Source of the DNA: Octopus sinensis
Lineage: Eukaryota
Reading direction: 5' to 3'
NCBI RefSeq assembly: GCF_006345805.1
Contig: NC_043000.1
Coordinates: 992,001-1,056,000 of the forward strand
DNA: 64,000 nt
Numbering within the stretch: position 1 is the stretch's first letter; each line of letters opens with the position of its first letter. Below, in pieces: positions 25,201-39,077 of this stretch. Under the pieces are notes generated by a model. That model was not told the DNA's origin. It searched no databases and was given only the letters and a program-made list of their open reading frames with translations. Made by a program: the position numbers and the translations under genes.

Positions 25201-26261
25201 ACAGAAAAACAAAAGTTTAAAGAGTTCAAAAATCAAAAATGAAGGAAGGAAGAAGAAAAGAAAAAACAATTCAAAAACACAGAAAACTATTCTTGTGGCT
25301 GTCTTGGTACTCCTGGCCAACTCGGTAATCCACTTGGAAATCCAGGGCACAAAGCAGTCACACAACAATTTCACCAAAAATGGATAAAAACAAAAAAAAA
25401 ACACAATGTTCGCAATTATTGGAGTAGGGATACGCCCTACCACCACCACCACCACCAAAACACACTTCTCACTGCTAAGTGAGACTCTAAACACAACTTC
25501 AGGCAGACAAATGCCCGGAACTCAGTGGAGATTTCTGGGTCGACAAAATAAATAAACACGAGCAACAAACCCCCACTGAATCCACCCCCACCCCCACCCC
25601 CCAAAAAAACAAACGTCTTACCATGTAGTTGTGCTTCACTTGTTCAATAATTCACGACGTTAGTGTACAGCATCGTGACTCCTAGCAGTGCAAAGAAAAA
25701 TACTGACCAACGCATGAGCAGAAGCAAGCTCCTTACCACACAGCTATGCTTGCACCTTTACAGGAAAAAATTAACAAAAAATGTCGAATTTAATTTCACA
25801 AAATCTGGATGTGATAAAAATAAAATTCTGTACACAGATTTGAAATCCATGCACCAATGTTACCCCGAAAATTCCATTTTGTTTCCTTGTTAAAAATACA
25901 TTTGTATTACAGAGACGTACTTGCATGGCAAGTGTTTTGGTCTGCCATCTTGTTTTGAAACAAAAACGTTCGCAGCGCGGAAGACACAAGTTAGCCATTT
26001 AAAAATACGCAAATACCGTTAACTTCACTTAGATATTTTGTTTGTAAAAAGGTGTCAAAGGTTTCGTCGCAGTAACCAGATCGCAGTTTAGAGCGACGAA
26101 TTTATTGATACCTTATTACACAGAATAAATGCTTTAGTTATGTAAACGGTCTTTGTGTGTTTCCGGATGGCTAAATCGTGTCTTCAACGCCGCTATGCAA
26201 TTATGAGTTAGTGTATTTTGTGTTTTTACAAATAAATTCATTTTCAAAACTCACTTTCCAG

Positions 26262-26326
26262 GAGTGTTTTGGATTCAGATAAATCGATGGCCATAGCAGT
26301 CACTACATTTATGTGTTCAGTTTTCG
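26262..26326 (+). CDS. SLCO/OATP 65-nt coding exon (RSVLDSDKSMAIAVTTFMCSVF)
   Basis: ttccag acceptor, G|GTAAGT donor, phase 2/1; R.V...DKS.A motif. From memory, vertebrate SLCO genes have a 65-nt exon at this position. Confidence 0.92.
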
Positions 26327-27958
26327 GTAAGTATTTTACATTCTTTGTTGCTATATTTATTTATTTTTATTTATTTATGCGCCCTTTTCAAGCCTAGCCA
26401 TGCTCATGGGCCCGGTTTTCCGGTTTCTATGGTATATGTGTTCTCCCCCCTCCCCCAGCTGGACGGGACGCCGGTCCATCGCAGAGTTACCCAAGAAACA
26501 GGAAGAAAGAGTGAGAGAAAGTTGGGGCGATAGAGTACAACAGGGGGTCACCCCCCCCCTGCCGGAGCCTCGTGGAGCTTTAGGTGTTTTCGCTCAATGA
26601 ACACACACAACGCCCGGTCTGGGAATCGAAACCGCGAGACAGCTGCCCTAACCACTGGGCCATTGCGCCTCCACCAAATAAATGCGCCCTTTTTAAAGCC
26701 CAGCCAGGCTCATGAGCCCGTTTTCCCGGTTTCAGTGGCGTATGTGTTCCCCAGCTGGACGGGACGCCAGTCCATCGCAGCGTTGCTCATTTTTGCCAGC
26801 TGAGTGGACTGGAGCAATGTGAAATTAAGTGTTTTGCTCAAGAACGCAACGCGTCGCCCGGTCCAGGAATCGAAACTACAATCTTACGATCATGATGCTG
26901 ATACCCTAACCACTAAGCCACGCGCCTACACATATTTATTATTAGTTTATGTATAATTGTGTAGGCATGTATAATAATGCAGCATCATCATCATCGTCGT
27001 CGTCGTCGTCTTCACTATCGTCATCTTCCTCATTGCTTTAGTCACCACTTTTCCTCCGTTTCCATCGGTTAGATGGAATTCTTAAAGTCAGATTTTCCAA
27101 GGTCGGATGCCTTTCCTGACGTCAACCCACACCTCTTTCCAAACAAGGTAATATTTCTCCATGGCCGGGAGACTAGAAACGAAGGGCTCTGCTTGTTTGA
27201 CAGTGACGCTTGTTTATAACGACCCCGTCATGTAAACACAAGGAAGCACATACACACACACACACATGTAACACGTACACATAAATATACATGTACAATA
27301 TATATAGGCGCAGGAGTGGCTGTGTGGTAAGTAGCTTGCCTACCAACCACATGGTTCTGGGTTCAGTCCCACTGCGTGGAATCTTGGGCAAGTGTCTTCT
27401 GCTATAGCCTCGGGCCGACCAATGCCTTGTGAGTGGAATTGGTAGACGGAAACTGAAAGAAGCCTGTCGTATATATGTATATATATATGCGTGTGTGTGT
27501 TTATGTGAGTGTGTTTGTTCCCCTAGCATTGCTTGACAACCGATGCTGGTGTGTTTACGTCCCCGTCACCTAGCGGTTCGGCAAAAGAGACCGATAGAGT
27601 AAGTACTGGGCTTACAAAAGAATAAGTCCCGGGGTCGATTTGCTCGACTAAAGGCGGTGCTCCAGCATGGCCGCAGTCAAATGACTGACACAAGTAAAAG
27701 AGTAAAAGAGTAAGAGTAAATACACACACAGACACTCATGATCGTAAGATTGTGGTTTCGATTCCTGAATGGGGCGACGCGTTGTACTCCATCAGGTGAA
27801 AGATAAATATTGTTTAATGAACACAGTATATATTTTTATAAGTTACTAATAGTTTCATGCAATATGTCGTTTTCCTTAAATGAAACTATTAGTAGATTGT
27901 AAATATATGAACTGTGTTCATTAAACGATGCGTATAATTCATTCACAAGGCTTTGGTC

Positions 27959-28528
27959 GTACCGGGACGCGAAAATTTTTTTCCCACGAGAGTTCCGGAC
28001 CCCAATCATGTACTCATTTGCATACAACCAATCAGAGCTCAACTATCAAACTAATTCATGAGCACATAACAAGTGATGGGCGATAAGGTAAGGTCACTTG
28101 GGTAAGGAATGACCATGCTTCTTTTCTCTCTTAATAATGCTTGTTGTTCTCGTTCATATTTCAACCATGGCTGCCCCTGCGTAATTGTTTGTGTTGTTGT
28201 TTACTTTGTAAAACAGTAAAGGGGATAAGGTTGCTAGTACATCACCCTCTACCCACATTTTCCCCATCCACATCTTTACCATAAGGGGCCCTAGCAAAAT
28301 CCGATAATAGGTATAGATGCAAATCTCTTTAATTACTTGTCTCCTAAAATCAGGCATGACTTGGCGATCGGTCGACTTACAACATCGTTCTTCGTCTTGT
28401 TTACTTGGTTGAGCGTGTTTTTTAACTTGACAACAAATTCAAGGTGAGCTCTGATTGGCTGTATGCAAATGAGTCCATTTCTGGGATCCGGAACTCTCGT
28501 GGGGGAAAAAAAATTTCACAGCCGGGAC
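27959..28528. mobile_element. MITE-like element with ~83-bp imperfect TIRs
   Basis: 27959-28041 is the reverse complement of 28445-28528 (cccacgagagttccgga..ctcatttgcataca.ccaatcagagctca). Confidence 0.8.
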
Positions 28529-28782
28529 TTTAGTAAAAGACACTTGCCGAGGTTTCAATGTTGGAAGTCTGGACCACACTTCACATGGTTGAGAAGCAAA
28601 CTTCTTAAACACACAGCTAAAAACATATATGAGGTTTTATTAGTTTCTGTTCCCTCTGCATGTTCGAAAGTCACACTGTTGTGAGTATCATCTGCATATG
28701 TGTAACGTTATAAGCGCTTGTGTATATTGTGGGTGCGTGGATATGCGCGTTTATTTTTTTTTATACATGCGAACGTATATAC

Positions 28783-28819
<37 letters not shown>

Positions 28820-28971
28820 CAACGGCAGCTTTCGTCCTATATTTATGGACTGCCATATTAGCTTGGCGATAACTGTTAATATCCAGTACTGCTGCCGTAG
28901 TCTCCTTAGAGAGACTTAGAAATAATAATATTTCTATTATATATATATATAATTTAACCAACATTCTCACC

Positions 28972-29007
<36 letters not shown>

Positions 29008-29011
29008 ATAT

Positions 29012-29182
29012 ATGTAGGTCCCGGGTTGAGTCGGGGTTAACCACAGTAAATAAGGTACTCAATACATAGCAGAGTAAATTAATTTATTTTATAGAAGGAG
29101 CTTCTACAGGACTAGAACTGTTTCATTCAAAAGAAATCATCAGGAAGTTCTAGTCCTGTAGAAGCTCCTTCTATAAAATAAA
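29012..29182. mobile_element. (TA)n-embedded hairpin element, copy 1
   Basis: Leader tgtaggtcccgggttga.tcggggttaacc; 37-bp perfect arms 29083-29119 / 29146-29182. Confidence 0.85.
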
Positions 29183-29208
29183 TATATATATATATAATAT
29201 ATATATAG

Positions 29209-29281
<73 letters not shown>

Positions 29282-29644
29282 CATCTACATTCCTAGCATG
29301 ATGTATCATATTGCACTTATGATTGGTGCACACTTTGTATTATAAATTCCTTGATACGAAATAAATCAGGCATAGAAAGCCTTTTTCGAGAAGGGGGGTC
29401 ACATGAGACATGGATCATCATAAGGGCTCTCCACTACTAAAATATACAGGGTAATTTCTCGTAAGCCTGTCGTTCAGAAAGTTCCGCCGGCCGCATTTTA
29501 CCCATGATTGAAAAGATACTATTTAATGTCAGCATAAAATTTTGCATATATTTCACTATACATACACGTATGGGTACATATCGGTATCATAACTTTCGAA
29601 CTATTCTTCTCTCCATTCTTCGCTAGTTCTCTCCATCCCTTTGT

Positions 29645-29880
29645 TGCTCCTTGATCATTCTTTTCCTCTTCTTCTTCTTTTTTTTCATCTTTTTTCTTCT
29701 TTTTCTTCTTTCTTTTTTTCTTTTTCTTTCTTTTTTTCTTCTTCTTTCTTTTTTTCTTCTTTCTTTTTACTTCTTTCTTTTTCTTTCTTCTTTTTTTCTT
29801 CTCTTCTTTCTTTTCTTTTTTTTTCTTCTTCTCTCTTCTTCTTCTTCTTCTTCTTCTTCTTCTTCTTCTCTCTCCCTCAC
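29645..29880. repeat. ~235-bp almost pure polypyrimidine (T/C, CTT) tract
   Basis: Directly visible. Confidence 0.95.
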
Positions 29881-31639
29881 TTCACCCTTCCTACATTTCC
29901 CAGTTCGCCGCTCTGTGCTCCAGACTTATTGTATTCCAGTTATTGTATTCCATTCTCCACTTTTTTGCCTGTCTTAGACCTGTCATCTTAACAGCCGTCT
30001 TAAATTCTATATCGTACATTTTGCGAGATACCATCACTTAATACGCCTTTGACGTATTTATTTCAAATGTACACTTCTTTGATTATTGTTTTATCGCTTT
30101 ATATTCCTACACCTTTTTAGTCTCGTCCTTCCATTTATCTGACTCCATGTAGTCTTTGTTTCTTTGTCTCCTCTTTGCCTTGTCTTACTTAAGTGACTTT
30201 TGTTTATTTATAACCTTAAACCTAAGAAGAGTAATTCGCAGCTGCTTTGCAAATTGACCGAACAAATACCTATTTCTTTACTACCCACAAGGGGCTAAAC
30301 ACAGAGGGGACAAACAAGGACAGAAAAACGGATTAAGTCGATTACATCGACCCCAGTGCGTAACTGGTACTTAATTTATCGACCCCGAAAGGATGAAAGG
30401 CAAAGTCGACCTCGGCGGAATTTGAACTCAGAACGTAACGGCAGACGTAACGGCAAAGCATTTCGCCCGGCGTGCTAACGTTTCTGCCAGCTCGCCGAAC
30501 AAATACCGTTGTATGCATACATACGAACATACTTACATTTATACATATACTCAGACAGAGAGACAGATAGATACATACGTCCTACGTCCTTAATGTTGGA
30601 CGAATGGGAAAGGAGTGCTCAATACATGTTGTAGAGGATATGGTTTATTATTAAAACTGAAACAAAGAAAGAAACTCTCAACCTCAGTTTTAATTTCAAC
30701 AAAAAGAACAATATGTGCTTATGTGCGTGTGTATGCATAAGTCATAAATTACACACGCATACATGTAATCTACTACATATGTGGGAAATTCTGTTTGTGG
30801 ATGTGTTTGTGGAGTTGTTAGCTAACTCCTCCTACATTGTTTTATCGATTTTGATAAAACTTGACACGTGAGTAGAATTCAAGTCTGGAAACCTCATGGC
30901 TTACTCAGATAGTTGAGAAAAATCGATAATAGGGCCTCTGAAGGGATCCTTGTATATATCTAGTATATTTTATTTTAAAAACCAAGGGAAATAACCTATT
31001 CATTTTCCTAAATTATCTGGTAAAAATGAAATTGAATATGATTATTTCTTAGTATTTGAACTGTTAGAGTTATTTTCGCAATTTATCCAGTACAACCCTT
31101 AAACAAGTAAATAGTATTTTCCTAAACAATAGATCCACTTATTTCGGTCAGTGACTTATTCACGAATATACCAACACTAGCGCCCCTGAGGGTAATATTC
31201 TCTGGGAACGAACAAAAGCCCTTTTCATAGTTATTTATTTTGAATTGTTATCTCATATCTGATTAGTCTGTTATTTCGTAACATACTTCACGATTTTAGT
31301 ATACATAACTTATTAGTATTTCCACCCATGTTTTATATATTCTGGGAATTCATTAAAGCTCTTTTCGGTGCTACTTTATTTGAATTCTTACTATCGGGTA
31401 ACTAATTTCATGTTATTACATAACTGACTTCATAATCTAAGTATTCATAACTTATTGGAAATTCCTAAAAACAAGACAGTTTGGTATTCTCTGTAAGTGC
31501 ACAAAAACCGTTTTAAGAACTACATACTTTGTATTGTTGTTACTGGATTAGCAAGACAATTATGAGAATGGAACCAAGGGATAAGCCCCGCTTTCCCGGG
31601 AATTACCGGCTACGTCAGCTAGTGTATATATACATACAT

Positions 31640-31718
<79 letters not shown>

Positions 31719-31719
<1 letters not shown>

Positions 31720-31881
31720 GTAGGTCCCGGGTTGATTCGGGGTTAACCACAGTAAATAAGGTACTCAATACATAGCAGAGTAAAATTAATTTATTATATA
31801 GAAGGAGCTTCTACAGGACTAGAACTGTTTCATTCTGAAGATTTCTCTTGAATGAAACAGTTCTAGTCCTGTAGAAGCTCC

Positions 31882-31890
<9 letters not shown>
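31719..31890. mobile_element. (TA)n-embedded hairpin element, copy 2
   Basis: Same leader; 41-bp perfect arms 31795-31835 / 31850-31890. Confidence 0.85.
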
Positions 31891-31933
<43 letters not shown>

Positions 31934-31934
31934 T

Positions 31935-32250
31935 ATAAAAATACTAAATGGGACAAGAACGCAAAACATTCAAATAGACGATACAAAAAAAACGGACTGG
32001 TCATTCGAAGCCTCTAATCTTCAATCAAGAACCGGGTCATCCACGCAATTTCGGCTGATTAATCTTGAGATCGCTCCGATCCGGCCAGCCCCAAGGAAAA
32101 ACTAAGCTACGGGCATTAGATTTCTTGGATAAAATGATCGAAAGTATACGAAACAAGGACAGAAAAACGGATGATGCCACACGAATATAAATACAAAAAA
32201 AAACAATAATAATAATAACAGAACAAAAACAACAGGTGTCTTTCGACTTT
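31935..32250 (+). mobile_element. Copy of the 2.0-2.6 kb (TA)n-associated family
   Basis: Shared blocks aagaacgcaaaacattca, tcaagaaccgg, gattaatcttgagat, ccagccccaaggaaaaactaagcta, caacagg.gtctttcgactt; begins at (TA)n. Confidence 0.8.
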
Positions 32251-32523
32251 AGACAGTTCAACTTAGCTTAGCTGGCGTATTTGGAAAATAATGCCTTACG
32301 GCAGACGAAGAAATCGATGTTGCGTGGCGGTGCTCAGAAGCCGAAAGGCTAGTTGACCGGCGGTCACGTGAGAAGAGAAGAGAGAGAAAAAAGGAGCAAA
32401 GGAATCAAAGAGAGAGAGAGAAAAAGAGGGACAAAGGCAGCAAAGAGGGGGAGAAGAGAGAGAAAGAAGGAATTAAGGAGGGGAGAAGTAAGAGAGCGTG
32501 CCAAGGATATATAAATATATACA

Positions 32524-32569
<46 letters not shown>

Positions 32570-32804
32570 CATACATGTTTAAGCATGTGCGTATGTGTGT
32601 ATGCATATGTAAACCTACGAATACAGATGTATATGTTTAAGTATACGTATGTATACGTGCATATATATACTAAATCTGTATCAGTGCTTTTGTATCTCTC
32701 TCTCTCTCTCTCTCTCAGTATGTATATATGTGTGTGTATTGTATGTGTGTACTTATATACATACATACCCTATCTAATTCCATTTTTTCCGTTTTTCATT
32801 ACAG

Positions 32805-33055
32805 GCTTTTTTCCGGGTCCGCCATTGTTTGGTCTCATTGTTGACAATACCTGCACCAAATGGAATCATCTGCCATGTGATGGAGGAAGGGGTTACTGTA
32901 AAACTTATGACATCGATAAATTTAGGATTCGCTTCTTCTCTCTTTTGGGAACCATTGACTTACTCGCCTTCTTGTCCATTTTCTTAGCAGCAATACTTTC
33001 TTATTGTTCTAGGAAGAAAGCTAAGAAATCTAAAAATCTAGCTATCCGGAACTGA
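32805..33055 (+). CDS. SLCO/OATP terminal coding exon (GFFPGPPLFGLIVDNTCTKW...CKTYD...KNLAIRN*)
   Basis: tacag acceptor; P.P..FG..VD..C..W...C....C..YD motif, TM12 and stop TGA at 33053-33055. Confidence 0.95.
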
Positions 33056-36000
33056 TATCGAATTACTTCACTTCAATGAAGTAATCCCCTGACATTCTTT
33101 AATCAAAATTATTTATTATTAATTAACTAATATAGCATTAACTTTCTAACATTCTGTGTAATTGCTTAGGTGAAGAAAAAAGGTGAACAAATCTGTAATA
33201 TGATCTGTTTATTGCCTAACGTAAATAATATAACATCATTGAATCCGTTAACCAACAGGATAATCCCTTCTATTATGGGTACCCATACGCCCACTTTCTG
33301 GAAGGGGGAGTAGTCGATTACATTGACCCCAATATTTGACTGGTACTTATTTTATCGGCCCCGAGAAGATGAAAGGCAAAGTCGACCTCGGCAGCATATG
33401 AACTCAGAACGTAAAACCTGAAGAAATGTTGCTAAACATTTCGTCCGGCATGCTAAGGATACTGATAGCTCGCCGCCTTATTAACAAATATAATAAAGAA
33501 TACCTTACAAGGATGGTTAATTACCATACAGAAAGACATTTAATGAATCTCTACGAGCCTCAGTTGGTGCGTCTATATGATCATTTGACCAACTAGAAAT
33601 AGCAAGCAAATCCCACTTTACTGTCTTAAAAATATGAAGGACACATGGGATAATGTAATCTTAGATATGTTTGAATATGATATGTCTGAATATGAAGAGA
33701 TGTGAAGAATATAGCTGGAAATCATTTGATTGCAGATACATTGGGTTTTAAAAATTCCGTATACGCAGTTCCAGCAGTATTTAATTAAGATACCCATTTG
33801 TGTATCATACTTAATGCATAAACACGCTCGATAAACTAGCTATTATAGTATTTGTTCTGAAATAACAACTCCTGTAGACTTGCTGTGTTAGGGTTTAAAA
33901 AAGGGTAAAGACCCCTTTCGGTCATGAATGGCCATTGGAGTGCGGACTTTTAGAACCTTTTTAAAGGCGCCTACTCGCAGCCAGCCACATGCACGGACGA
34001 AAATTAGTCGTTTCTGATATAGAAAGTGAATAAAATAGTCCACTAATGCTACGAACAGCTTCCCGGCGGAATAAAAGTCCAGTATATTTAATTGAGGCAG
34101 TATTTAATTAAGATGGCCACTTATGCAACATATTTAATGTATACATAATGTTAATAGGCCAATGGAGAATGGCGATGTACCGTAAAAGAGGGAATACAAA
34201 GGAGTGACAAAGAGAGAGAGGAGAAATGGAAAGAATGGAAGAGGCGTAAACAAGAGACTATGGCACTACAACCAGCCAGGAACAGTCTTCGCTACATTTG
34301 CGGTACCTGCCAGAGGGAGTGTTTGTCCAGGATAGGACTACACAGCCACAGCAGGAAATGTATCAGGACATGAAATATAAAAGCCGGACTAGACTACTTC
34401 ATGCGCAACTCCATTGTCTCCCGAGACAGAAAGGATGCCAATACAATACAATAGGCCAGTCACTGCAGTATTTGTCTTGAAGGCCAAAATGCATCTGGTA
34501 CTCTCTCTTGAAGGCCAAAATGCATCTGGTACTCTCGCAGGCCGCTACTGAGACAATTTTTCGTCTCATTTTGATATTCATTGTGCTTTTAACACGGCGA
34601 GTTCATAGGAGATATTATCTTAGAAGAAATATTGCAGCAACTAGCCGGTCGACAGTGTGTATACAATATGCATGATACACTGATCGCTATATACAATAAC
34701 TATTTATTTTTTTCAAGAAGTTTACTTGAATACAGTGGCAAATTATATTTTTTAGGATACACTGTTATAGATCGATTCACTTGACTATTCATAGTTATAT
34801 GTTTTATTCGTAACGGAAGCAGTGTTGATACTGAATAGAAATTTTTATATCCTGTTTTATGTGGATGTACTGTAAAAACACTGTAAAAACACTGTAATAC
34901 TGCTAATTGCAACACCAGTGCCTGATTAGTCACTATTTTTCTATTTATCAATGGAAGCTACGGTGGTAATAGATATCTCCTGCTGATGAAGCACAAACAC
35001 TCAGAAATCACGTGATCTAGCAGTTTTGCCACCAATGCTAGACAACTTTTGTCTGCTACCGATATTTCTGTACTTTTAAGCACTAAACGTCTGTACAATA
35101 TGCTCTCCAAAATTAAAAATAATAATAATAATAAATGTTCCTTCTCGAGACATGCCAGGCTCATAAGGGCCGGTTTCCCGGTTTCAGTGGTGTAGAAATT
35201 CCCCTTCTGGACGGGACGCCGGTCCGTCTCAGGTTTACTCATTTTTGCCAGCTGAGTGGACTGGAGCAACGTGAAAATGAAGTGTTCTGCTCAAGAACAC
35301 AACGCATCGCCCGGTCCAGGAATCGAAACCACAACCTTACGATCATGAGTTCAACACCCTAATCACTAAGCCACGCGCCTCCACTCTCCAAAATTTAATA
35401 CTCAGTATTACGGCATTCTTACAATACATTCATATTAAATAGCACATAAAGATTGCTATAATTATATATATATTTCTAAAGATTTGAGAACAGCATGTAG
35501 GGGAGAAAGGCAGCTTTATATTATTTAAGCTATCCTTGAAGCACTTCCGATGTAGTTTAACCTTCCAATTAACCATTTTCTGGCTAACTTCTTTGAACCC
35601 TTGATACATCTCATTTATTTCCTTTGTATTGTATTTTGAACTGATTAGTCATCTACGTGACCAAGTTTATTGATCTCACATCAAACTACAATTCTTCAAG
35701 TTGTTTTACTTAAATTATCGCGACGGTGAAAATCATCAAAACTAAACTTTTGAACCCAGTGAGTTACAACTACGGAATTATCTGTAAAATCCTCAAGCAT
35801 TTATCGAAATAAATTTTTATAAATATGTTATATAGATTTCCTGAGATTTTATTAGTTTAGAGTGTGTTCCAAGACATATGTATGCCTGCTTCTTGAAATC
35901 GTATTATACTGCTTTAAAATAATCAACATTTGAAAATAAGATTAGGCAATTTTCTTTATAGAGTCAAGACGAAATATATTTTATATATATGCGAAGAAGT

Positions 36001-37991
36001 GGCTGTGTGGTAAGTCGCTTGTTTATCAACCACATGGTTCCGGGTTCAGTCCTACTTGGGCAAGTGTCTTCTACTATAGCCTTGGGCCGACCAACGCCTT
36101 GTTAGTGGATTTGGAAGACGGAAACTGAAAGAAGCCCGTCGTATATATATAATATATGTGTGTGTATGCGTGTGTGTATATATATTTGTGTGTCTGTGTT
36201 TGTCCCCCCAATTTGGACAATGTTATCCAATATGTGGTGTGTTTACGTCCCAGTAACTTAGCGGTTCGACAAAAGAAACCGATAGAATAAGTACTAGGCT
36301 TACAAAGAATAAATCCTGGGATCGGCTTGCTCGACTAAAGGCGGTGCTCCAGCATGGCCGCAGTTAAATGACTGAAACCAGTAAAAGAATAAAAGAATAT
36401 ATTGCGCAGACATAGTTGTGTAGTTAAGAGGGTTCAATTTGAAAATGTAGTATAGTGTTCAATCTCAATGTGGCACCTTGTGCAAGCGTCTTCTACTGTG
36501 GCCCAAAGTCGACCAATGTCTTGTGAATTTGGCAGACGGAATCTGTGTGGAAACACTTCGTATACCTTTGTATCTTTTTTTATCTTACTTGTCTCAGTCA
36601 TTTAATTGTGGCCATGCTGGGGACACCGCAATGAAGAATTTTAGTCGAACGAATCGACCCCAGTACTTTTTTGAGCCTGATACTTTCTAAATCATTTTTT
36701 CTTTTCCGAACCGCTAAGTTATCACCGGTTGTCAAGCAATGGTGGCGGACAGACACAGAGACACATATATACGCACACGCACACACACACAGACACACAC
36801 ACACAGACACACGCACGACGGTCTTGTTTCGTTTGCCAAATCTACTCAGAAGTCTTTGGTCGGTCCGAGGCTCTGGGATTGATCCCGGAACCGGGTAGCT
36901 TGTAAGTAGACTTCTTACCGTACAGCTACGCCTGTAGCTATACATACATACATACATACATACATACATACATACATACATACATACACACATACACACA
37001 TACACACATACATACATACATACATACATACATACATACATACACACACACATACATACATACATACATACATGTGTGCGCATCAGTGTATGTGCTATAG
37101 ATATTTATGCATACATATGTGTCTTTGTGATTGTATTTGTCCGTTGTTGCTTTGTTTACGTCCCCATAACTTAGCCGTTTCGGAAAAAGTGAGATATTAA
37201 ATAAATACCACACTTATAAACAAAAACAAGTACTCGGGTTGGTAGGGTGTCTATTTGTTAGACTAAAATTTTCCAAGGCGGTGCTCCAGCATGGCCGCCG
37301 TCCAATGACTGAAAGAAGCAAAGAAAAACGTATAAAGTAGACTGCTAATTAATATATGTGGTAGACACAGGTGAGATGATATGCAAAGTGAACTCAGGTG
37401 GAATTCGGAATCAGGGCGTGACGAACAGCTTTATCTATTCAACTCTTTATGGCGTCTAGTCAATCAAAATATTAATTATTATATATCTCCGTATTGTTAA
37501 CTATAATATTCTTTAAGGTCGTTTACATATATGTGTGCGTGTGTATGTGCATGCGTATATGTACGTAAATATATATGCATGAATATTATAATTTAAGAAC
37601 ATTTATGGACGAATATTCTGTTGCTAACGTAGAACTCTAAACAAGAATAGCAGTCATACATCTATTTGTACACAATTTCTACTATATATAGATATGTATG
37701 TATGTATGTACATAAATGTGGAACGATGAAAATAAGCGCTCAACACCGTATTGGTGGATAGAATTTCTTTTTTAGTGTATTATGTCTACTATTGGTGTCA
37801 TGTTAAGAAAAGTACCTTAGTATCTTTACTTTTCAAGTCGATCACACGGAGAAATGATATTTATCTCCATACATGTGTGTGTGTGTATGTGTGTGTGTGT
37901 GCGTGTGTGTGCGTGTGTGCGTGTGTGTGTGTGTGTGTGTGCGTGCATAAATCTCGAACAATGAGAGCGCTCAACACTGCATTGACAGATA

Positions 37992-38027
<36 letters not shown>

Positions 38028-38029
38028 AA

Positions 38030-38620
38030 AAGTCCATGGTCAAGACCAAATATCGATATTGCGGGTCCGTGAAATGGTTATTACTATTTATTAGTAGTTT
38101 TACAAAATGACCGGAAAGTGTTAAGCGCAAAAGACCAACTACCTCAATTGTAATAAATATTTTTGCACGAATTGTCCGTAAGATTTGGCATTCCAGACGT
38201 GATTGTACTTGATTCTATCTGATGGATAATCAGAGCGTTTTGTGGACACTTTTAAAAGAGCTTTGAGAAAAGCAAACAAGAAGCCGCAGACGAAGTCGCT
38301 CTGCGGCAATTGCTATGGTGACACTGAAACCTAATACACCAGCAGGAAGCTCACCAGCTGAACTGATGTTCGCGAGAAAGGTGAAATCAGTTTTTGACAA
38401 ACTGTTGCCTGGCGAGGAAAGAAAAAGTAGCAAGAAAGACAATCCAAAATTTTTCAAAATTGGTGATAAGGTGTAAATGAGGTCAGATAAAAACGGAAAA
38501 GAATACTGGGAAGAAGGAAAAATTGTAAAGTACATAAGAAAAATGATGTACGGAATTAAAAGCAGAAAAGGTATTTAAAAAAGACACAGAAACCGGTTGA
38601 AGAAGAGATTCGTAGAAAAT
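38030..38620 (+). pseudogene. Ty3/Gypsy integrase remnant
   Basis: PWSRPNIDIAGP*NGYYYL, FLHELSVRFGIPDVIV, SERFVDTFKRALRK, SPAELMFARKVKSVFDKLLP, FKIGDKV; stops, frameshifts and an internal deletion. Confidence 0.85.
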
Positions 38621-38820
38621 GAACCAGACAGATTGGAAAAACCTATGGAATGGCTGTATGACACATTCCAGGTGCCAACACTGTTACATGTGGTGGAACC
38701 CACTCGTACAAGTGTAAGAAAAAATATTAAGTTGTAAAAAAACCGCCAAAAAGGGAGGAGTGAGTAAAGTAAAATAAAACTACTTGCTTCCCAAAGAAAA
38801 GAAAAAAAAACTAAAAGAGA

Positions 38821-39077
38821 TGTAGTGAAAATGACACACTCATTCCCACGTGACAAAGTGGTATGAACCAACCACTATAAAGTCACACAGTCGTTGCAGC
38901 AGATCAGTAGCAGTAGAGTCGTTGCACGAGTTCTCAGTTGGAGTCGGTGTCAGTTACGTGATATATACGGGCTTGAGTTACCGTCAAGACAGACGTTAGA
39001 AAGACGTTGTCTTGCAGAGCTATCAGCGGTAGCACGATAGACGAGTCAAAGATAATAAGACACGGAATACCCCAACA
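38821..39077 (+). mobile_element. Probable LTR (TGT...ACA, 257 bp) with purine tract upstream and PBS-like TGGCGAC at 39084
   Basis: aaaagaga|TGTAGTG start directly after the integrase region; ends CCCCAACA then taatag TGGCGACAAGGAT. Confidence 0.6.

Noticed and set aside
29641-29991. F/L/S-rich ORFs
   Set aside because: Polypyrimidine tract artefact.
34979-35023. CTGATGA...GAAA-TCACGTGA-TC hammerhead-like motif
   Set aside because: Palindromic stem III and a short stem I are present, but no convincing stem II.
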